From positions 24,022 through 88,021 of the forward strand of contig NJBH01000016.1 in assembly GCA_005223125.1 (NCBI GenBank): a stretch of 64,000 bases of DNA. Direction: 5' to 3'. The notes beneath the pieces are model-generated. The model had not been told where the DNA came from. It saw only the letters and a list, made by a program, of their open reading frames with translations, and made no database searches. This DNA comes from Promethearchaeota archaeon Loki_b32. Its GTDB lineage: Archaea > Asgardarchaeota > Lokiarchaeia > Sigyniarchaeales > SOKP01. Below are positions 41,524-51,967 of the stretch, in pieces; the first letter of the stretch is position 1, and each line of letters opens with the position of its first letter. The position numbers and the translations under genes are program-made.

Positions 41524-42309
41524 TCAGCTAATAAATTTTCGATATGTTTTGAAAAATGATATCAATTTATATAAATTTGGTACTTCAAAAATCAGCATTG
41601 CAATTAAAATCACCAATAAGAAGATGAAAATATCTGTCTGTAATATAAAGTAACTAGTTAAAGTTGAACCTTCTTGAAATAGAAATAAAAAAATTCCTTG
41701 GTTTAAATACAATATTAATCCAATGGTGATAATTAACCCATTTACTGAAAAGATTATAACTTGATTTTCATTCTCAATTATTCCAATCACTATATTTATG
41801 GAAAATAAGATTAACGTTATAAATATGAGAAATTTTGAATTTTCAATCCAAGAATTGTACGTTGTACTATTTACTTGATAAATCCCATTAGATATTTGCC
41901 AAGCTAAAGATGAGCTTAAATACAAAAACGAGAGAATTGGTAATAAAATTGCAATTAGTATTGAAATACTGTAAATCCGTATTGTTGTAAATCTACTAAA
42001 TTTCAATACTTTTTTCTTTCCTATTTTCATAGATTCCACCAAAGAATCAATCTTTTCTTGAATTTCATTAGGGAAATTTTTTTTTACCATGACGATTTGG
42101 ATGCTTAAATCTGAAAAGTTAGCGATTAATTCTTTTATTTGTTTATATCCTTTCCTAAATTTATCTTTACTGCTTTTTGAACCGCTCCATAGATAGATAG
42201 TCTCTTTATCTTCATCTAAAATTGCACAAATATCATGTGATAAAAAGCGGTGTTCTTCTTCTAACCAATGAGATTTATTTTCATCAAATATGAAGGTTTT
42301 TATCATCAA
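41524..42309 (-). CDS. Gelsolin-like domain fused to about four transmembrane helices
   Basis: FLSHDICAILDEDKETIYLWSGSKSS fits the gelsolin core pattern; four hydrophobic segments follow. Confidence 0.65.
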   Translation of the reverse strand: MMIKTFIFDENKSHWLEEEHRFLSHDICAILDEDKETIYLWSGSKSSKDKFRKGYKQIKELIANFSDLSIQIVMVKKNFPNEIQEKIDSLVESMKIGKKKVLKFSRFTTIRIYSISILIAILLPILSFLYLSSSLAWQISNGIYQVNSTTYNSWIENSKFLIFITLILFSINIVIGIIENENQVIIFSVNGLIITIGLILYLNQGIFLFLFQEGSTLTSYFILQTDIFIFLLVILIAMLIFEVPNLYKLISFFKTYRKFIS

Positions 42310-42421
42310 ATCTCTACTTATTTTAACTATAATTCACTTTTATTTTTTTCTATAACTTATTGGCACTCTAAAATTAGATAAAAAAATAAGAGAATTTTAA
42401 ATTATCCTTTAATTTGGTGGA

Positions 42422-43321
42422 CTAATGATTTTCAAGCCTGCTTTTTATTTCTTTCCACACGTTCTTAATATTTTCTTCATAAATTTTAGTTGTTGTATCA
42501 TCAATGGATTTGAATCTTTTTTGAGCACTCAAATAATCTATAATTGGTTTTCTTTTAGATGATTCTAAATATCTCTTACTTGGTTTTGATAGTTCAAATT
42601 TACCATTTATAACTTCATAAAGAGGCCAAAATCCTGTTTCATTTGCTAGTCTACCAATAATCATTGTATTCTTTGGTTCGTAGCCCCATCCAGGGGGACA
42701 AGGGGATAGAATATGGAAATATTTTGTACCTTTTATATTCTTGACCCTTTTAAATTTTTCAAATAAATCAAGAGGGTAAGCAGCATTAGCTGTAGCTATA
42801 TATGGGATGCCGTGTGCTTCTAATATTTTAGGCATATTTTTTTTTCTAACTTTTTTTCCCTCAGGTGTTGTAGTTGTTCGAACACCAAGTGGGGTTGAAC
42901 CACTCCTCTGAACACCTGTATTCATATACGCTTCATTATCATAACATGCATAAATAAAGTTTGTTCCCCTTTCTGCTGCACCACTAAGAGCTTGTATTCC
43001 TATATCTGTCGTTCCACCATCTCCTGCAAAAGCAAGAACAGTGATTTCATCTGCCAAACCTTTATCTTCCAATGAAGCTAAAATTCCAGACGCTGAAGCT
43101 CCTGTTGTCGCAAAAGGTGTATGATAAACCGATATTTTCGTTGAGCAAAATCCCTGCATGCCATGTAACACGGTTAAACAAGATGCTGGTACCGTTGTTA
43201 TTGTTTTAGCTCCTAAAGCTTTCAGTGCAATTCTATAGATCAACGCCATTCCGCATCCCGCGCAAGCACGAGTGCCTGGATAGATAAATTCCTCTTCTGG
43301 AAGATCCATAACATTAACCAT
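42422..43321 (-). CDS. porB: Pyruvate/2-oxoacid:ferredoxin oxidoreductase beta subunit
   Basis: ACAGCG, GDGGTTDIG, YDNEAYMNTG, SPCPPGW. Confidence 0.93.
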   Translation of the reverse strand: MVNVMDLPEEEFIYPGTRACAGCGMALIYRIALKALGAKTITTVPASCLTVLHGMQGFCSTKISVYHTPFATTGASASGILASLEDKGLADEITVLAFAGDGGTTDIGIQALSGAAERGTNFIYACYDNEAYMNTGVQRSGSTPLGVRTTTTPEGKKVRKKNMPKILEAHGIPYIATANAAYPLDLFEKFKRVKNIKGTKYFHILSPCPPGWGYEPKNTMIIGRLANETGFWPLYEVINGKFELSKPSKRYLESSKRKPIIDYLSAQKRFKSIDDTTTKIYEENIKNVWKEIKSRLENH

Positions 43322-43327
43322 TATTTC

Positions 43328-44620
43328 TCACCCACTTTTAAAATAAGTCGATTCATCATAATCACTCAATTCATCTAATCGTAAACCTAAAAATTCAGTT
43401 TTATTAGTAAATATTCCTTGTTTAAATTCATTTAACGCATTATGAACACCAGTAATGATATGTTCAGTTTTTACATCTCTACCACCTAAGCCAACAATAA
43501 AACCCTTAATATTCGGTCTATTTTTTAATCCATAAAGTGCAGCTTTTAATTCATATGATAGGACGCCTTCATATCCATATCCAATATCTTTATCAAACAC
43601 TATAATATTTTCTATATCTTTGAAAAATTGCCTTAATTCCTCTGCTGGGAACGGCCTAAATAGTTTCAGAATTATTAACCCAATTTTAAGCCCTTCAGAT
43701 CTAAGTTTATTAATTGCAACTCTTGATTGAGACGCTACTGACCCCATTGCAAATATTATTATATTTGCATCATCAGTTTTAATTGTTTTTAATACTCCAT
43801 TTCCATAGGATCGACCGAATCTTTTAGCAAATTCATCATGCACCTCTTTAATTATATTAATTGAATTTTCTAAAGATCTTTGAAGAGCATATCTGTATTC
43901 ATAATAACCGGGAGCTGTTCCTTCTACTCGTTTTACAATGTGTGGTGTGGTTACTGGATCGATCCCTTTTACCTGGGAAATGTCAGAGAGATTTATATGG
44001 TGATTAAGAGGTGGTATAAAATTATCGATTTTTTCCTGATTCTCTAATTTAACTGGTTGGGCAGTGTGTGAAGTAATATATCCGTCATATCCACATACAA
44101 CGGGCAAAAATAATCGAGGATCTTCAGCAATCTTGAATGCTTGGAGATTTGTATCATAAACTTCTTGGTTATTTTCACACATGAATTGTATCCACCCAAC
44201 ATCCCGAATAGTTATAAAATCTTGATGATCTGTCCAGACACTCCAAGGCGCTCCAAGACTTCTTGTTGCTAGATTAAGAACAATAGGTAGTCTATTCCCT
44301 GAAGCCCAAGGTAACATTTCATACATCAACTCGAGACCATGGGCAGATGTTGCTGTAGCTACTCTAGATCCTGTTGCAGAAGCCGCACATAAAACAGCCA
44401 TCGCGCTATGTTCAGACTCGACTTTTACAAATCTTGCTTTTAATTTTCCTTCTGAAATAAATTCAGCGATTTTTTCAACAACAGGACTTTGAGGTGTTAT
44501 TGGGTAGGCGGAAACAACCCCAACCCTTGCTTGTCGAATTGCATGTGCTGCAGCATGATTTCCAGTTAACATAATTATGTTTTCTTTAATTTCAGTCTTT
44601 TCTTGTTCACTAACATTCAC
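43328..44620 (-). CDS. porA: Pyruvate/2-oxoacid:ferredoxin oxidoreductase alpha subunit
   Basis: AYPITPQS, VESEHSAM, ATSAHGL, FRPFP, GLGGRD. Confidence 0.93.
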   Translation of the reverse strand: MNVSEQEKTEIKENIIMLTGNHAAAHAIRQARVGVVSAYPITPQSPVVEKIAEFISEGKLKARFVKVESEHSAMAVLCAASATGSRVATATSAHGLELMYEMLPWASGNRLPIVLNLATRSLGAPWSVWTDHQDFITIRDVGWIQFMCENNQEVYDTNLQAFKIAEDPRLFLPVVCGYDGYITSHTAQPVKLENQEKIDNFIPPLNHHINLSDISQVKGIDPVTTPHIVKRVEGTAPGYYEYRYALQRSLENSINIIKEVHDEFAKRFGRSYGNGVLKTIKTDDANIIIFAMGSVASQSRVAINKLRSEGLKIGLIILKLFRPFPAEELRQFFKDIENIIVFDKDIGYGYEGVLSYELKAALYGLKNRPNIKGFIVGLGGRDVKTEHIITGVHNALNEFKQGIFTNKTEFLGLRLDELSDYDESTYFKSG

Positions 44621-44916
44621 TCAGGGTTCACCTCTTCCATTTTTATAGCTTTAACAGGACATTCTTCCATACAAATTCCACATCCTTTACAATATACTAA
44701 GTCGATTTCTGGAGGAATGGTTCTCGTCACTACAGCCTCGGGACAATAAAGCCAACAATTAAAGCAACTAGGTTTTCCAGATTTTACTGGGATACATTTG
44801 TTTAAATCTATAATTGGTTTTTTTGAACTCCAAGTTCCAGTTTTACCTGCTTCACCAATTACAGGTTTTTGAACTGAACCTAATATTTTTTGATAATCTT
44901 TTTTTGAATCAGTCAT
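44617..44916 (-). CDS. porD: Pyruvate/2-oxoacid:ferredoxin oxidoreductase delta subunit
   Basis: KTGTW, CWLYCPE, YCKGCGICMEECP. Confidence 0.92.
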   Translation of the reverse strand: MTDSKKDYQKILGSVQKPVIGEAGKTGTWSSKKPIIDLNKCIPVKSGKPSCFNCWLYCPEAVVTRTIPPEIDLVYCKGCGICMEECPVKAIKMEEVNPE

Positions 44917-45228
44917 CTATACATCAGAAATAGTTATAATTAGATTCTGTATGAAATCAAACGTAGATAAATTTTTAATTCTTACCATTTATAAAAATAA
45001 AAGTCTAGCCAAATTTCACTTATTTCATTAAGAATTGCATTAATAACATTAACACAATTAAGGAATATTGAGCATAAGATAATACTTAATTTTATATAAA
45101 AAATAAATACTTGATACTTCATTAAATTCATAGGAAAAAGTTACAATTTTTGAGATTCTTAAGTTATCATTTGGAGTATTGTGTTTTTTATTTAAAACTT
45201 ATAGTAAACTAGCAGGTTATGGAAAAAA

Positions 45229-47136
45229 GTGGATTTTTCTCAAAATAAATTTTTACAGATAATTGAGAGCATTAAAGAATGCTACTTTGAAGTCGATTTA
45301 AAAGGTAATTTTACTTATTTTAACAATTCAATGTGCGAGCTTACTGGATATTCAAGAGAAGAATTATTTGGGTTAAATTACAAAAATGTTGCAGATGAAG
45401 AAAACCAAAAAAAAGTGTTTAAAGGTTTTAATTCTGTCTATAGAACTGGCGAACCTTTAACTGATTTTGAATATCAATTTAAAAAGAAAAATGAAGAGAA
45501 ACTGATTGGGGAAACTTCTGTATATCTAAAGTGCGATTCTAAAGGTAATAAAATTGGTTTTTACGGGTTATTCCGAGATGTTACTAAAAGAAAGGAAGAA
45601 GAAGAAAGATTTAAAGAAGAATTAGAACAGTTAGTGAGTATTAAGACAAAAGAATTAAGAGAATCTGAAGAAAAATACAGAAATATGATAAATCATTTAG
45701 ATTTAGGATTTTACCAGCTAAACTGGGATGGTATGTTAATAAATCATAATCCTAGATTTTGTGAGATATTAGGATATAATCCGTCTGAAAATTTAAAAAG
45801 TAGGAATGTGCACAATTTTTGGCAAAGACCTGAAGATCGGAAAATATATTTAAAAGAATTAGAAGAAAAAAGTTTTGTAAAGAATTATTTAGTTCATGCA
45901 AAAAAGAAAAATGGTGAAAAAATAGTAGTACAATTAAATTCTCATGTTATTAAAGGAATTAAAGAAAAGTCAAGAATAATTCAGGGAATAATATCTGATA
46001 TTACTGAGAAATTTGAATTGGAACAAAAATTAAAAGAATCTGAAGAGAGATATCGGAATTTGATTGAATCTGTCCCTTTCTCAATAGCCTTAATTGATCA
46101 ACAGGGAATAATTACATATTGCAATCCTGCGATTGAAAAATTATTAGGGTATAAACGAGATGAATTAATAGGTTATGAATTTAAAAAACTTCCAGCGCTT
46201 CATCCAAAATATTTATCAATAATGCTTAAACGATTCCAAAAAGTTCTAAAAGGTGATATATTACCTCCCTTAGATATAGAAATATACAAAAAAAATGGAA
46301 GCTTGATTTGGATAAGATATCAATCGACTTTACTTAAATTAGGTGATGAAATTCTATTACAAACAATTATAAATGATGTTACAGAACAAAAAAAAGCAGA
46401 TCTTCTAATAGAAGAAGAAATCATAAAATTAAAAGAATTAGATCAGATTAGAAAGGATTTAATATCTAGAGTTTCACATGAACTTAAAACCCCCCTAGTT
46501 TCTGTTTTGGGAGGTGCTGAACTACTTTTAGATTTATACATAGATGAGTTTAAAGACGATGTAAAAGAGTTAATTGAAATGATTGAAAAAGGAGGTAAGA
46601 GATTAAAATACTTGGTAGATAATTTGGTTGATATTACACGAATAGAATATAAAAAATTTGAACTAGAGAAAGATTCATACAACATCAGTGAATTAATTAG
46701 AGATTGTTTAAGTGAAATGATGTATATTATTAAAAAACGAAAATTAAATCTAAAGATTGACCTTCTGAAAAATATGTTTATAGAAATTGATAAAATAAGA
46801 ATTGAACAAGTAATCTTAAACCTTTTATCCAATGCAATAAAAAATACTCCTCCCAATGGATTAATCACAATAAAATCTTTAAAAAAGGATAATAACTTAG
46901 AAATTTCAATAACAGACACGGGAATTGGCATTATTAAAGAAGAGATATATAAACTCTTCACTAGGTTTGGTAAAATAGAAAGATATGGAGATGGTCTTGA
47001 ATATATTGATATTCAAGGTTCTGGGCTTGGATTATTCATATCAAAAGAAATAGTAGATTTACATGGAGGAAATATTAGAGCAGAATCAGAAGGTAGAAAT
47101 AAAGGAAGTACATTTATAGTAAAACTGCCAATTTAA
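45229..47136 (+). CDS. Cytoplasmic sensor histidine kinase with three PAS domains
   Basis: Three PAS repeats; SHELKTPL (H box), NLLSNAIK (N), DTGIG (G1), GSGLGL (G2). Confidence 0.94.
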   Translation: MDFSQNKFLQIIESIKECYFEVDLKGNFTYFNNSMCELTGYSREELFGLNYKNVADEENQKKVFKGFNSVYRTGEPLTDFEYQFKKKNEEKLIGETSVYLKCDSKGNKIGFYGLFRDVTKRKEEEERFKEELEQLVSIKTKELRESEEKYRNMINHLDLGFYQLNWDGMLINHNPRFCEILGYNPSENLKSRNVHNFWQRPEDRKIYLKELEEKSFVKNYLVHAKKKNGEKIVVQLNSHVIKGIKEKSRIIQGIISDITEKFELEQKLKESEERYRNLIESVPFSIALIDQQGIITYCNPAIEKLLGYKRDELIGYEFKKLPALHPKYLSIMLKRFQKVLKGDILPPLDIEIYKKNGSLIWIRYQSTLLKLGDEILLQTIINDVTEQKKADLLIEEEIIKLKELDQIRKDLISRVSHELKTPLVSVLGGAELLLDLYIDEFKDDVKELIEMIEKGGKRLKYLVDNLVDITRIEYKKFELEKDSYNISELIRDCLSEMMYIIKKRKLNLKIDLLKNMFIEIDKIRIEQVILNLLSNAIKNTPPNGLITIKSLKKDNNLEISITDTGIGIIKEEIYKLFTRFGKIERYGDGLEYIDIQGSGLGLFISKEIVDLHGGNIRAESEGRNKGSTFIVKLPI

Positions 47137-47159
47137 TTATTACATATTAAATATGACAA

Positions 47160-47750
47160 TCACAGGATTTTTGCTAAATTATATCCCTGCTCAATTAAAT
47201 CATAGTTGAGGGTTCCTAATTTTTCACCCATTCGTTTAAGTACAACTGTTTTTAAATTATCTAAATTTAAATCTGGTAAGGCTTTCGAGAGCAACCCTAA
47301 AATTGGAGTATTAATTACTGGATTTCCATCAATAGTTAGATTTTTCTCTATTGCTAGTTTACTAATATCTGCTACAACTATTTTAGTGTCACTACTTAAG
47401 TTAAATTCATTCACAAAAAATTCAGGATCCTTTTCGGAATTGATAATAAATAATCCCCCTTGTGCGAGAGAAGAAACTATTTCTTGATTTAATACGGTCT
47501 CATCAAAAACTATTAAAATATTAGGATTTTCTATTTGTGCTCTATCCCATATAGTATCTGTTCGAGAAAGTTTAGCATATGCTTGAACGGGAGCGCCTCT
47601 TCTTTCTGCTCCAAATGAAGGATATGCATGCACATCAATGAATTTGCCACTTAAATATGCTGCTTCAGCAATAATTTCCGTACATGTAACTACTCCCATT
47701 CCCCCTCTACCATGGATAGTGATGTCAATTCTATTATCTAATTCGTTCAT
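47160..47750 (-). CDS. porG: Pyruvate/2-oxoacid:ferredoxin oxidoreductase gamma subunit
   Basis: HGRGGMGVV, PSFGAERRGAPV, NTPILG. Confidence 0.92.
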   Translation of the reverse strand: MNELDNRIDITIHGRGGMGVVTCTEIIAEAAYLSGKFIDVHAYPSFGAERRGAPVQAYAKLSRTDTIWDRAQIENPNILIVFDETVLNQEIVSSLAQGGLFIINSEKDPEFFVNEFNLSSDTKIVVADISKLAIEKNLTIDGNPVINTPILGLLSKALPDLNLDNLKTVVLKRMGEKLGTLNYDLIEQGYNLAKIL

Positions 47751-47930
47751 ATAAAAACCAATAAAATTTGGATAAATGTTATTTATTATGAAGTTTACCG
47801 AATAATATAAAATTTTTTTAAATTTCCTAAATTGCTATATCTTTAAAGAAAACAATATTAAGCAGATTAAGATATAATAAATTATCATTAACCTAATAAT
47901 TAACGATTTTAAAATCTATGTGATTTAAAC

Positions 47931-48776
47931 ATGAAAAATGAAACGGGATTTTTTGAAGGAAGGGAATTGAAAAAACTATTCTATCAGTTTTGGCAACCTG
48001 ATTCTGGAGAAATTAAGGCATATATCATAGCACTTCATGGATGGGGGACTCATTCTGATAGATTGATACTCCCTGCTGAATATCTTACAGAAAAGGGTTA
48101 TGCAGTTTATTCATTTGATTTTCGAGGTCATTGGAGAAATGCTGGTGATATACCAGGCCATATAGATAGTATGGATCATCTTCAAAAAGATACCCTTCTT
48201 TTTATGGATGTTATCCGCGAAATTTCTCAAGATAAAAAAATATTTTTGATGGGACATTCATTTGGTGGTTTAATAAGTTTAATATTTGCTATAAACCACC
48301 CCAAATTAGCAGGAGTTTTAATTTCTTCACCATTATTAGGTATGTTTCTAAAATTATCAATGGGTAAAAAGGTTATAAAATCATTATCTAAAACTCTCGC
48401 TAAAGTATCACCTAATAAAATTTTAGATTATTTGATTGATCAGAATCAATTAACAAGTGATTTAAAAATATTAAGAAAACATATAGCGGATAAAAATAAA
48501 ACTGAGGTTATGACGGCTAAAGCTGCTACTGAAATTGACAAATTCTCAAAATGGGCAATGGAAAATGCATCAAAATTACATTGCCCCGTTCTAATTATGC
48601 AGTCTGGCGATGATAAAATTGTAGATAAAGAAAAGACAAAACAGTTTTTCGAACTAGTAAATAGTAAGGATAAAACCTATCGAGAATATGATGGTTTTCT
48701 ACATGAACTGTGGAGTGAAAAGGGGAGAGCTCAAGTTTATCAAGATATGTATGTATGGTTTGAAAAACATTTGTAA
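47931..48776 (+). CDS. Lysophospholipase/monoacylglycerol lipase
   Basis: LHGWGTHS, DFRGH, GHSFGG, DKIV, HEL. Confidence 0.9.
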   Translation: MKNETGFFEGRELKKLFYQFWQPDSGEIKAYIIALHGWGTHSDRLILPAEYLTEKGYAVYSFDFRGHWRNAGDIPGHIDSMDHLQKDTLLFMDVIREISQDKKIFLMGHSFGGLISLIFAINHPKLAGVLISSPLLGMFLKLSMGKKVIKSLSKTLAKVSPNKILDYLIDQNQLTSDLKILRKHIADKNKTEVMTAKAATEIDKFSKWAMENASKLHCPVLIMQSGDDKIVDKEKTKQFFELVNSKDKTYREYDGFLHELWSEKGRAQVYQDMYVWFEKHL

Positions 48777-48789
48777 GAGATCTCGTTAT

Positions 48790-48920
48790 GAGAATACTCA
48801 TAAATTAACTGGTTGTTTAGAAGCAATCGCAGAAATTCAAAAATTTTATCCAGAATTAATTGACTTACCTGACCATGGATAGAAACTTTGGATATAATTC
48901 CTTGGATTTAAACTAAGGCA
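48790..48920 (+). pseudogene. Possible decayed fragment of a galactose-mutarotase-like gene
   Basis: YPELIDLPDHG-stop-KLW then IPW in a shifted frame resembles the LPDHGELW..PW motif; very short. Confidence 0.2.
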
Positions 48921-49108
48921 CATAATTGTTAAAATCATAATATTTGATAATTTCTTAATATTTTAGAACACTCCTAAGAATAATAAAAAGCCAAACTATC
49001 TTCATTATTATTGTTATTAAAAAATTAACAAATACAGTTAATATAGACATACTGTTATATTTGATTATATTTATTAACAATTTCATTTAACTCTCATATC
49101 AGGTCATT

Positions 49109-51967
49109 ATGAAAGAAATAGAAGAAAGGAAATTAACACCTATGTTAAAGCATTGGTATTCTATTCGTAAAAGATTTCCTTCTGATTATCTCATCGCTTA
49201 CCGCATGGGAGATTTTTATGAGTTTTTTTATAATGATGCTGAAAGAATTTCAAAACTTTTGGGTATAACCTTAACAAAAAGAGGAAATATTCCCTTAGCA
49301 GGGATTCCACATCATTCTGGTCATAATTATTTTAATAACCTTATGAATCTTGGTGAGACATTAGTTATAGTAGAGCAATTAGAAGATCCTGCAACCGTAA
49401 AGGGAAGAATTGTGAAACGAGGAGTTACCCGAATAATCTCACCAGGAACAATTATAGAACCAAACCTGTTAAAATCGAATGAGAATAATTATATAGCATC
49501 TATGGTAAAAGAGAGAAATGGATTTGGAGTTGCTTTTACTGATATATCTACTGGAGAGTTTGTTGCGACTGAATTATCAAATAAGCATCAAGACTCACAA
49601 GAAAAATTACTAAGCTTATTTTCTCAATATGATCCTGTAGAATTAATCATACCTCCTGATCTGAAAAATGATGAGAGACTATTTATAATATTAACGGATT
49701 TAACTAAAGCGATCATTAAATCATATGAAGAGCATGTTTTTTTATACGAGGAGGCTCATGTGTTAATTTCCCGACATTTTAAAATTTCAAATTTAGAAAG
49801 TTTTGGTTTAGAAGATAAAACAATGGCGATTCAAGCAGCTGGAGGCCTTTTAGCATTTTTAAAAGACACACAACGTGATGTGATTCCAAATATTTTTAAA
49901 ATTAATGTTATCCAAGAAGAAAATGTACTCCACTTGGATTACATTACACAAAGGAATTTAGAATTAATTAATTCACTTTGGGAGAGAGGAAAAGATGCTA
50001 CACTCTATTCTATTTTTAACCACACCCAAACACCTATGGGAGCTCGTTTAATAAAAAAATTTATTCTCCAACCACTAATAGAAATTGAAGAAATTAATCA
50101 AAGATTAAAAATAGTCCAAAAGTTTAAAGATGATATCTTTTTAAGATCTGATCTAAGAGAAGAGTTAGGTGTTATTGGCGATCTGGAAAGATTCATTAAT
50201 AGAATCAATTTCGCGGGTCGTACTAATGCACGCGATCTAATAAATATCAAAAATTCTTTAGAAAAAGTTCCAATAATCAAAGAATCATTAGAGAAGGCAG
50301 ATATTCCCGAAATTTCAAATTTTCTTGAAAAAATTAATACTTTTAATGAAATTAAAGACTTAATTACTATTTCAATTAAGGATAATCCCCCTATTACCAT
50401 TAGAGAAGGCAATATTATTAATGATGGTTTTAATAATGATGTAGATGAGCTTAGAGACATAATTCATAATGGAAAGAAATATGTATTGGATTACGAGCGA
50501 GAGCAGAAGAAAAAGTGGAATTTAACTACAGGATTAAAGGTTGGGTTTAATAACATCCTTGGTTATTATATAGAAATAACATTGAGAACTCTTAATAATA
50601 TAAAGACGATTCCTGAGGATTATATTGAAAGAGCAACTCTTAAGAATGCTAAAAGATACACTACAAAACGATTGAAAGAATTTGAAGAGAAAATAGTGAA
50701 TGCTGAAGAAAAAATTAACAATTTAGAATATGAGATTTTTAACACTATTCGTGAAAAAGTTGAAAAAGAAACTAAAAATATCCTTGAAACTGCGAGAAAT
50801 ATTGCTATTGTTGATGTTCTAGCTTGTTTTGCTGAAATTGCAGAACAATATAATTATTGTAGACCAATTATCAATAAAGAAAACAAAATCATAATTAAAG
50901 ATGGTAGGCATCCCGTAGTCGAACAAATAAATTTGGATGAGCAATTTATTCCTAATGATTGTTATTTAGATAATGAAAATGACCAATTATTAATTATTAC
51001 TGGCCCTAATATGGCTGGAAAATCTACCTATTTACGGCAAGTAGCTTTAATATGCATTATTGCTCAAATGGGATGTTTTGTTCCAGCTAAATCTGCCACA
51101 ATAGGAATTATTGATCAAATTTTTACACGAATAGGAGCTTCAGATGACCTTGCGAGAAAATTAAGCACTTTTATGATTGAGATGACTGAAACAGCTAAAA
51201 TTCTAAATTATGCTACACCAAAAAGCCTAGTAATAATAGATGAATTAGGAAGAGGAACAAGCACTAGTGATGGTCAGAGTATAGCAATGGCTACTCTTGA
51301 AAAACTACATGAGTTAAAAATCAAGACTTTATTTAGTACCCATTATCATCAACTAACAGAAATTAATTTGCCAGGAGTAAAAAATTATCACTTAGATATT
51401 ATTGAAAATGATGATGGGAGTATAAATTTTGTTAGAACATTAAATCCCGGAAGTACAGATAAATCCTATGGCATTCATGTTGCAAAATTAGCAGGGATTC
51501 CTGATAATGTAATAATAAGAGCTTTTGAAATTCTTGAACAAATAGAAGAAAAAGATCCTTTTAGAACTACAGTTAGAGAAAATGGGGAATCAGCTTCATC
51601 AAGTAAATATTATGATAAAATTATCGATGAAAAAAAAGTTGAACTTGATAAACTTAACAGAGAACTTAAATCTATGAAGGAATCCTTAAGTGGTTGCATT
51701 ATAGATTTAAGCAAAAATCAAAAAGATTTAGAAAGAGTACAGAATGAAATTAATGAGCTAGAATCTAAAAGGGCTAAAATTTCTGAAACTAAAATTCCAA
51801 AAAAGAAGAAGTACGTACAAACAAGTTTATTTGAACCTTTAAGTTCTAAGGAAAATCTTAAGGATTTACTTCATTTTATTAAAGAAATTGATATAAATTC
51901 CGACACTCCAGAAAAAATAAAAGAGCAATTGAAAGAACTTACAACAAAAATAGAAAAACTTAGCTAG
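49109..51967 (+). CDS. mutS: DNA mismatch repair protein MutS1
   Basis: TPM, RMGDFYEFF, GPNMAGKSTY, STFMIEM, DELGRGTST, SYGIHVA. Confidence 0.96.
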   Translation: MKEIEERKLTPMLKHWYSIRKRFPSDYLIAYRMGDFYEFFYNDAERISKLLGITLTKRGNIPLAGIPHHSGHNYFNNLMNLGETLVIVEQLEDPATVKGRIVKRGVTRIISPGTIIEPNLLKSNENNYIASMVKERNGFGVAFTDISTGEFVATELSNKHQDSQEKLLSLFSQYDPVELIIPPDLKNDERLFIILTDLTKAIIKSYEEHVFLYEEAHVLISRHFKISNLESFGLEDKTMAIQAAGGLLAFLKDTQRDVIPNIFKINVIQEENVLHLDYITQRNLELINSLWERGKDATLYSIFNHTQTPMGARLIKKFILQPLIEIEEINQRLKIVQKFKDDIFLRSDLREELGVIGDLERFINRINFAGRTNARDLINIKNSLEKVPIIKESLEKADIPEISNFLEKINTFNEIKDLITISIKDNPPITIREGNIINDGFNNDVDELRDIIHNGKKYVLDYEREQKKKWNLTTGLKVGFNNILGYYIEITLRTLNNIKTIPEDYIERATLKNAKRYTTKRLKEFEEKIVNAEEKINNLEYEIFNTIREKVEKETKNILETARNIAIVDVLACFAEIAEQYNYCRPIINKENKIIIKDGRHPVVEQINLDEQFIPNDCYLDNENDQLLIITGPNMAGKSTYLRQVALICIIAQMGCFVPAKSATIGIIDQIFTRIGASDDLARKLSTFMIEMTETAKILNYATPKSLVIIDELGRGTSTSDGQSIAMATLEKLHELKIKTLFSTHYHQLTEINLPGVKNYHLDIIENDDGSINFVRTLNPGSTDKSYGIHVAKLAGIPDNVIIRAFEILEQIEEKDPFRTTVRENGESASSSKYYDKIIDEKKVELDKLNRELKSMKESLSGCIIDLSKNQKDLERVQNEINELESKRAKISETKIPKKKKYVQTSLFEPLSSKENLKDLLHFIKEIDINSDTPEKIKEQLKELTTKIEKLS

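Noticed and set aside
48688-48882. 64-aa ORF as an intact gene
   Set aside because: It overlaps the lipase 3' end in another frame; at most a decayed fragment, listed as a low-confidence pseudogene.
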